Made by a program: the position numbers and the translations under genes. 4,617 nucleotides of DNA from a virus (lineage: Duplodnaviria > Heunggongvirae > Uroviricota > Caudoviricetes), in the IMG/VR virus record IMGVR_UViG_2778261458_000004; one strand, given 5' to 3'. Under the pieces are notes generated by a model. It did not search any database. It was not told the DNA's origin and worked only from the letters and a program-made list of their open reading frames with translations. Shown here one piece after another: positions 1 through 4,617 of this stretch. Numbering within the stretch: the first letter of the stretch is position 1; each line of letters starts with the position of its first letter.

Positions 1-3000
1 TTATGATCATCGCTGATGGTGACTGTAACCGTCCCGTTTGGTGTTTCCGTGTTACCCCACGTACCAGCCTGTTTCGGGAATGATTTGGATACAGCTTTAA
101 CGAAGTCACCTCTGACCTGGTTCGCCTCCAGCATGCCCTTAATCGTACAGTTTTCATTTACCGTGACGTTGTTGAGCGTCCCGGAGTTCGCATTCACGTT
201 ACCGCTGATATCGGCATTTTTCGCCGTCAGCCGCCCGTCCGGTGTCAGGGAAAATACCGGAGGATTGCCGCCACTGGTAATGGTGGGAGCCGTCAGATAC
301 TTCAGGAACACTTCGTTCATGAATATCTGGTTGCCCTGCGCCACAAACATCGGCGTTTCATTCCCGTTTGCCGGGTCAATAAACGCGATACGGTTAGCGG
401 CAACCAGGAACTGGCTCAGTTTGCCTTCCTCCGTATCCTCCATGCTGAGGCCAAGCCCCGCGACATAATGCCTGCCGTCTTCGGTCTGCTCAATTTTGAC
501 GCCCCACATGGCATTCCATTTATCGTTGGCGTCCTTCCACTCTTTCGAAAACTCCTCCAGTTTGCTGGCGTTATCTTCCGTCAGCTCAAAGTTTTCCAGC
601 AGTTCCTTGCCGAGATGCGTTTTATTGATCAACCCTTTATAAAAATTCAGATAACCTTCCGCATCATCACTCGCCCGACCGACGGCCTCCACAAATGCCG
701 ATTTACCAACGGTATTCACGCTGCGGATATAAAAGTAATAATCATAACCCGGCTTAATATTGCTACTGGCAGCTATCCAGTACAGCGCCGTGCCAAGATA
801 ACGCGCGCTGGTTTCAATCTGCCTGATATCGATAATCCGCTTTTCCGAGAACCAGAACTCAAACTGCACCGTCGGGTCATAAACGGCAAGATGCGGCGTG
901 GCGGTTATCTGAAAATAGCCCGGCGTCAGCTCAATCCTCGACGGTGCTGCCGGTGCCGCAATCCGGAACGATACCGATGCCGGATCGCCCTGCTGCCCCC
1001 ACGCATTTACCGCCCGGACCGTCAGCGTGTAACGCCCCAGCGCCAGTTGCCTGAAGCGGTATGTGGTTTCCGTCGTCCGGGCCGTGCTGACCAGCAGCTC
1101 ACTGCCGTCGTCCGCTGTTACGGTCAGACGGAGCAGGAAGCTCACGCCCTTCACCACCTTCGGTGTGTCCCATCGCGCCAGCACCTGATATTCCCCGCTG
1201 TCTGCAGTGACTTCTGCGGCCAGGTGCTGCACCGCTGGCGGCGTGACACCATTCACCGTGCCACTCTGGTCGCCGTCAAAGTGCGCCCCGTTATCCACGA
1301 TGGCTTCTTTTTCCGGTACATGCTGCACGGCGGTGATGGCATACGTGCCGTCGTCGTTCTCACGGATACTCACGCAGCGGAACAGTCGCTGGCGCAGCGT
1401 CGGCAGCTTCAGCCCCCATACGCTGTATTCAGCAACACCGTCAGGAACACGGCTCACTTTTACCTTCACGCCGTCGGTGACGGACTGAACCTCCACGCTG
1501 ACCGGATTGCCACTTCCGTCAACCAGGCTTATCAGCGTGGTACCGGAGGATGGCAGCGTGATTTCACGGTCGAGCGTCAACGTCCGGGTCTGGCTGTTCA
1601 CCGCCAGCACGCGACCACCGATGCTGATACCGGCATAGTCATCATCACAGATTTCAATGACATCGCCCGGTACATGGCGAAGCCCTTCTGCGCCCACGCT
1701 GAAGTCCACGGTCTGTGTCTCCAGCAGCTCCGTTTTAATCAGCCACAGCCCGGCGCGGTGCGCCTGCCCCCGACTGGTACAGCCAAACGCATCCATCTTC
1801 GTGACGTTACGACCGTAACGGGCAATGGCCTGCGAGTCCTCCACAAGCTCTGTTGCCGTCTCCCAGCCGTTATCCGGGTCAATCCAGTTCACTTCAACGG
1901 CATTATGGCGGTCTTTCAGGGCGCTGAAGCTGTAGCGGAATGGCGCGCCATCATCCGGCATCACCACATTACTGCGGTTATAGGTCCACACCTTATCCGA
2001 CGGTCGGTCCTGCACGAACGTCAGCGTCTGCCCGTTCCATACCGGCATACAGCGCATCGCCGAGCAGAAATCACTGAGCACATCCCACGCCTTGCGCTGT
2101 GTGGTCAGCCAGGCATTACAGGTGATGCGCGGCTCCGTGCCACCAAAACCGTCCGGCACCGACTGGTCGCAATTCTGGCCGATGACATACAGCGCCCATT
2201 TGTCCACATCCGCCGCACCAAGACGTTTCCCCATGCCGTAGCGCGGGTGGGTCAGCATATCCCACAGACACCAGGCCATATTGTTGCTGTATGCTGGCTT
2301 AAACGTTCCGTCCCAGATACCGCTGTATTGCCGCGTCTGCGGGTTATAGTTCGACGGCACCTGCAGAATGCGCCCGCGAAGATGATAATTACGGCTCACC
2401 TGCTGGCTGCCGAACTGCTCCGAGTCCACCTGCACGCCGACCAGTGCCGTGTTCGGGTAGCACTGTTTCACATCGATGATTTCGGTGTATGACGACCAGA
2501 GCGTTTTGTTCTGCAGCTGGTCTGTGGTGCTGTCCGGCGTCATCCTGCGCATCCGGATATTAAACGGGCGCGGCGGCAGGTTACCCACCACCACCGAGGC
2601 CAGATACTGCGAGGTGGTTTTGCCTTTAATGGTGATGTCTTTTTCCGTCACCCAGCCACCGTTACGCTGTATCTGAACCAGCAGGCGGACTTCCGACGGA
2701 TTCCGGTCCCCCTTTGAGGTGGTTTCCACCAGTGCCTGCACACCGAAGGTAAAGCGCAGACGGTCGATGTTTGCAGACGTGATGGTCCGGGTAATCGGCG
2801 TGTCGTACTTCACTTCCGTACCCAGCACCGTCTCGGAGCCGGAGGATTCAAATCCCTCCGGCGGTGTCTGCTCCTGCTCACCTGCCCGGAAAACCACCGT
2901 GACACCGGAGATATTGGTATTCCCCTCACTGTCCAGCACTGGCGTACTGTTCAGCAGCACACTTTTTAATCCGTCCACCGGACCTTCAATCGGCCCTTCA

Positions 3001-3092
3001 CTGATGGCGTCTATCACGCTCAGCATCTGCGTGGACTTCAGGTTGTCCTTCGCTTCGCGCGGGGTATGCCCCTTACTGCTGCCTTTACCCAT
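1..3092 (-). CDS. J: Tail tip / central tail fibre protein, lambda gpJ-like (host specificity protein); 5' portion only, C-terminus lies beyond the left window edge
   Basis: Reverse complement of 3061..3092 reads ATG GGT AAA GGC AGC AGT AAG GGG CAT ACC CC = [11 protein letters not shown], which I recognise as the lambda gpJ N-terminus. The frame stays open from 3092 to the left edge (codons occupy 3..3092, about 1030 aa); translation at the left edge reads ...[10 protein letters not shown]. The ORF track does not list it, presumably because no stop lies inside the window. A GGAG Shine-Dalgarno sits 8 nt upstream of the ATG. Size and position after I match lambda J (1132 aa). Confidence 0.93.
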   Translation of the reverse strand, partial: MGKGSSKGHTPREAKDNLKSTQMLSVIDAISEGPIEGPVDGLKSVLLNSTPVLDSEGNTNISGVTVVFRAGEQEQTPPEGFESSGSETVLGTEVKYDTPITRTITSANIDRLRFTFGVQALVETTSKGDRNPSEVRLLVQIQRNGGWVTEKDITIKGKTTSQYLASVVVGNLPPRPFNIRMRRMTPDSTTDQLQNKTLWSSYTEIIDVKQCYPNTALVGVQVDSEQFGSQQVSRNYHLRGRILQVPSNYNPQTRQYSGIWDGTFKPAYSNNMAWCLWDMLTHPRYGMGKRLGAADVDKWALYVIGQNCDQSVPDGFGGTEPRITCNAWLTTQRKAWDVLSDFCSAMRCMPVWNGQTLTFVQDRPSDKVWTYNRSNVVMPDDGAPFRYSFSALKDRHNAVEVNWIDPDNGWETATELVEDSQAIARYGRNVTKMDAFGCTSRGQAHRAGLWLIKTELLETQTVDFSVGAEGLRHVPGDVIEICDDDYAGISIGGRVLAVNSQTRTLTLDREITLPSSGTTLISLVDGSGNPVSVEVQSVTDGVKVKVSRVPDGVAEYSVWGLKLPTLRQRLFRCVSIRENDDGTYAITAVQHVPEKEAIVDNGAHFDGDQSGTVNGVTPPAVQHLAAEVTADSGEYQVLARWDTPKVVKGVSFLLRLTVTADDGSELLVSTARTTETTYRFRQLALGRYTLTVRAVNAWGQQGDPASVSFRIAAPAAPSRIELTPGYFQITATPHLAVYDPTVQFEFWFSEKRIIDIRQIETSARYLGTALYWIAASSNIKPGYDYYFYIRSVNTVGKSAFVEAVGRASDDAEGYLNFYKGLINKTHLGKELLENFELTEDNASKLEEFSKEWKDANDKWNAMWGVKIEQTEDGRHYVAGLGLSMEDTEEGKLSQFLVAANRIAFIDPANGNETPMFVAQGNQIFMNEVFLKYLTAPTITSGGNPPVFSLTPDGRLTAKNADISGNVNANSGTLNNVTVNENCTIKGMLEANQVRGDFVKAVSKSFPKQAGTWGNTETPNGTVTVTISDDH

Positions 3093-3100
3093 TCGTCATG

Positions 3101-3104
3101 CTCC
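3101..3104 (-). promoter_or_regulatory. Shine-Dalgarno (GGAG) for J
   Basis: Minus-strand sequence upstream of the J start reads GTTTATGGAGCATGACGA-ATG; GGAG (plus-strand CTCC at 3101..3104) is 8 nt from the start codon at 3090..3092. Confidence 0.55.
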
Positions 3105-3114
3105 ATAAACGACA

Positions 3115-3134
3115 AAACCGCCCGCAGGCGGTTT
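3115..3134 (-). terminator. Perfect 8-bp stem / 4-nt loop hairpin in the I-J intergenic spacer, followed on the minus-strand transcript by a U-rich tract (possible intrinsic terminator or RNA-stability element)
   Basis: Plus strand 3115..3134 = AAACCGCC-CGCA-GGCGGTTT, arms perfectly complementary. On the minus-strand transcript: AAACCGCC UGCG GGCGGUUU followed by UGUCGUUUAU, then GGAG and the J start. Seen directly in sequence; function not established. Confidence 0.3.
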
Positions 3135-3152
3135 CACATAAAATATTTTGCA

Positions 3153-3824
3153 TCATCGACCAATCACCACAACCTGACCACCGTCCCCTTCATCTGCCGT
3201 GCTGATCTCCTGAGATACCACACGTGACCCCACGCGCATTTCACCATACAGAACAGGCATAACATTGCCCTGGGCAACCATGTTATCCAGTGAGGAGAAA
3301 TAGGTGTTCTGCTTACCGTTATCCGTTGTCTGTGTGCGGGGAGTTCTGGCTTTCGGTGCCAGCATCTGAGCCACACCGCCGAGCACCATACTGGCACCGA
3401 GAGAAAACAGAATGCCGGTCATACCACCGGCACCAATGGCAGCCCCCCATGCTGCAAGGGTGGCTCCGGCGGTAAAGAATGATCCGGCAATGGCGGCTGC
3501 TCCCAGGACAATCTGGAATACACCACCTGACTTGGCCCCGGCGACTCTGGGAACAATATGAATCACAGCGCCGTCAGGCAGAGCCTCATGTAACTGCGCC
3601 GTTAATCCGGACGTGCTGACATCCTGCCCGGCAATACGCACCTGATACCAGCCGTCGCTCAGTTTCTGACGAAACGCAGGGAGCTGTGTGGCCAGCGCCC
3701 GGATGGCTTCGGCCCCCGTTTTCACACGAAGGTCGATGCGGCGGCCAAATCGTTGCAAATCCCCGTAAAGGCAGATGCGTGCCATGCCCGGTGACGCCAG
3801 AGGGAGTGTGTGCGTCGCTGCCAT
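3153..3824 (-). CDS. I: Tail tip assembly protein I (lambda gpI-like), 223 aa
   Basis: Track ORF of 223 aa (MAATHTLPLASPGMARICLYGDLQRF...GQVVVIGR), the same length as lambda gpI and recognisably the same sequence, in the expected position between K and J. The start overlaps the 3' end of K by 103 nt. A possible SD (GAGG, plus-strand 3836..3839) lies about 11 nt upstream. The C-terminal half carries a Gly/Ala-rich hydrophobic segment. Confidence 0.92.
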   Translation of the reverse strand: MAATHTLPLASPGMARICLYGDLQRFGRRIDLRVKTGAEAIRALATQLPAFRQKLSDGWYQVRIAGQDVSTSGLTAQLHEALPDGAVIHIVPRVAGAKSGGVFQIVLGAAAIAGSFFTAGATLAAWGAAIGAGGMTGILFSLGASMVLGGVAQMLAPKARTPRTQTTDNGKQNTYFSSLDNMVAQGNVMPVLYGEMRVGSRVVSQEISTADEGDGGQVVVIGR

Positions 3825-4465
3825 TTGTCGGTATACCTCTCTCGTTTGCTCAGTTGTTCAGGAATATGGTGCAGCAGCTCGCCATCACCACAGTAAATAG
3901 CGGCATGATTCGGCACCGATGAACCAAAGCAGCACAGCAGCACATCGCCCGGCTGCGCCGCTGACAACGGCACCTGATACAGCCCCGTTGCCTCCAGATT
4001 ATCCAGATAGAGATTCTGACCGTGACGCCACCAGTCATCCTCCCGTGTAAAATCCGGCATCTCAATCCCCGCCAGATGGTAAGCGTCCCGGAACAGCGTG
4101 TAACAGTCCGTCACCCCGTGCTCAAAGCGCCGCCCGGTGAGATGCGGCACACAGCGGAACTTGTGAATCGCCCCCCGGCAGACCAGCCACCACGGCAAAT
4201 CACTCTGCACCTGCAGCCGCCTGTCGGCCTCACTCAGCCAGGGCAGACCACCGGGGTGACTGTGGACCAGCGCCACAATCTCACCGTGCATCTCTGCCCG
4301 CAGCCAGTCCTCCGGCGACATACGGAAATAATCTTCCGGCTCACCGGAGATATTCACGCAGGGGAAATATCTTTCCCCCTCCGGCGTTCTCACCACGAAG
4401 CCGCACGACTCCGCTGGCACACATCGCCGGGCGTGCGCCAGAATCGCTGATTCTGTCTCTGTCAT
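3722..4465 (-). CDS. K: Tail tip assembly protein K (lambda gpK-like); JAMM/MPN metalloprotease-like domain plus NlpC/P60-like domain; 247 aa from the first ATG, or 199 aa if translation starts at the internal ATG at 4319..4321
   Basis: Track ORF of 247 aa (MTETESAILAHARRC...) whose ATG (4463..4465) lies 5 nt after the L stop. It contains a perfect JAMM signature H-x-H-x7-S-x2-D (HSHPGGLPWLSEAD, residues 68-81, nt 4223..4264) and a downstream Cys/His pair (C121 in GVTDCYTLF; H187, H199, H200) consistent with an NlpC/P60-type fold. Recognised as lambda K. The internal Met49 would give the 199-aa product that, as I recall it, matches the lambda reference annotation. Confidence 0.92.
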   Translation of the reverse strand: MTETESAILAHARRCVPAESCGFVVRTPEGERYFPCVNISGEPEDYFRMSPEDWLRAEMHGEIVALVHSHPGGLPWLSEADRRLQVQSDLPWWLVCRGAIHKFRCVPHLTGRRFEHGVTDCYTLFRDAYHLAGIEMPDFTREDDWWRHGQNLYLDNLEATGLYQVPLSAAQPGDVLLCCFGSSVPNHAAIYCGDGELLHHIPEQLSKRERYTDKWQRRTHSLWRHRAWHASAFTGICNDLAAASTFV

Positions 4466-4470
4466 GGGAT

Positions 4471-4617
4471 TTACTGCGAAAGTTTGTTAATGGAAAGGAA
4501 GCCGCCAAAGTTGCCGACGTTATTGCGGAACTTACAACCGCTCAGGCATTTGCTGCATTTATCCTTCGTGATATCGGACGTTGGCTGGTCATATTCATCC
4601 GCGACCGCCGGACCGTG
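4471..4617 (-). CDS. L: Tail tip protein L (lambda gpL-like), C-terminal 48 codons plus stop; N-terminus lies beyond the right window edge
   Basis: Reverse complement of 4471..4617 translates in frame to HGPAVADEYDQPTSDITKDKCSKCLSGCKFRNNVGNFGGFLSINKLSQ*, with stop TAA at 4471..4473. I recognise this as the gpL C-terminus, including the cysteine cluster CxxCxxxC. It sits immediately upstream of K, as in lambda. Confidence 0.9.
   Translation of the reverse strand, partial: HGPAVADEYDQPTSDITKDKCSKCLSGCKFRNNVGNFGGFLSINKLSQ

Noticed and set aside
16-468. 150-aa plus-strand ORF at the left edge
   Set aside because: Antisense to the distal part of J; no ribosome-binding site or recognisable protein features.
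540-880. Locally AT-richer stretch within J (about 37-40% GC in spot checks against about 60% elsewhere) that might indicate a mosaic junction or horizontally acquired segment
   Set aside because: The J reading frame is uninterrupted and the translation remains lambda J-like as far as I can recall. The variation is modest and based on hand counts of a few 60-nt blocks, which is too weak to call a recombination boundary without an alignment.
468-2492. 674-aa plus-strand ORF, the longest in the track
   Set aside because: It lies entirely antisense to the J coding frame. The translation is Arg/His/Pro-rich and low in complexity with no recognisable domain, as expected for the antisense frame of a GC-rich gene.
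1207-3108. Smaller plus-strand ORFs at 1207..1488, 2476..2676 and 2719..3108
   Set aside because: All are embedded antisense within J. They are short, compositionally biased and have no independent support.
3093-3152. Possible promoter in the I-J spacer
   Set aside because: No convincing -35/-10 pair on the minus strand. The spacer is dominated by the hairpin and the J Shine-Dalgarno, and late genes in lambdoid phages are transcribed from a single upstream late promoter.
3164-3475. Minus-strand 77-aa ORF (3164..3397) and plus-strand 61-aa ORF (3290..3475) inside I
   Set aside because: Alternative-frame or antisense ORFs inside the well-supported I gene; Cys/Trp/Arg-rich translations typical of out-of-frame reads.
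3686-4450. ORFs at 3686..3922 (+), 3850..4065 (-) and 4022..4450 (+) overlapping K
   Set aside because: Antisense or out-of-frame relative to K and I; the K frame carries clear catalytic motifs, while these have none and are Arg/Cys-rich.
1-4617. CRISPR arrays, tRNA or other structured RNA genes, insertion-sequence ends
   Set aside because: No direct repeats with regular spacers, no cloverleaf-compatible segments and no terminal inverted repeats were seen; the window is almost entirely protein-coding on one strand.

Overview
This window is the tail-tip / central tail fibre assembly module of a lambda-like (lambdoid) siphovirus, most likely a prophage or phage of an enterobacterial host. All real genes are on the minus strand in the canonical lambda order L-K-I-J, read right to left: the last 48 codons of L (4471..4617), K (3722..4465), I (3153..3824, overlapping K by 103 nt) and the first ~1030 codons of J (1..3092), which runs off the left edge before its extreme C-terminal receptor-binding tip. 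Identification rests on hand translation and recalled similarity to lambda gpL, gpK, gpI and gpJ; no database search was run. The plus-strand ORFs in the track, including the 674-aa one, are antisense artefacts of J, I and K. I find no evidence of a previously undescribed system here; this is a well-known, conserved structural module. The points worth a second look are the predicted ubiquitin-like/JAMM/NlpC-P60 pairing of I and K, the ambiguous K start, the long K/I overlap, a terminator-like hairpin between I and J, and the J distal region where host range is set.
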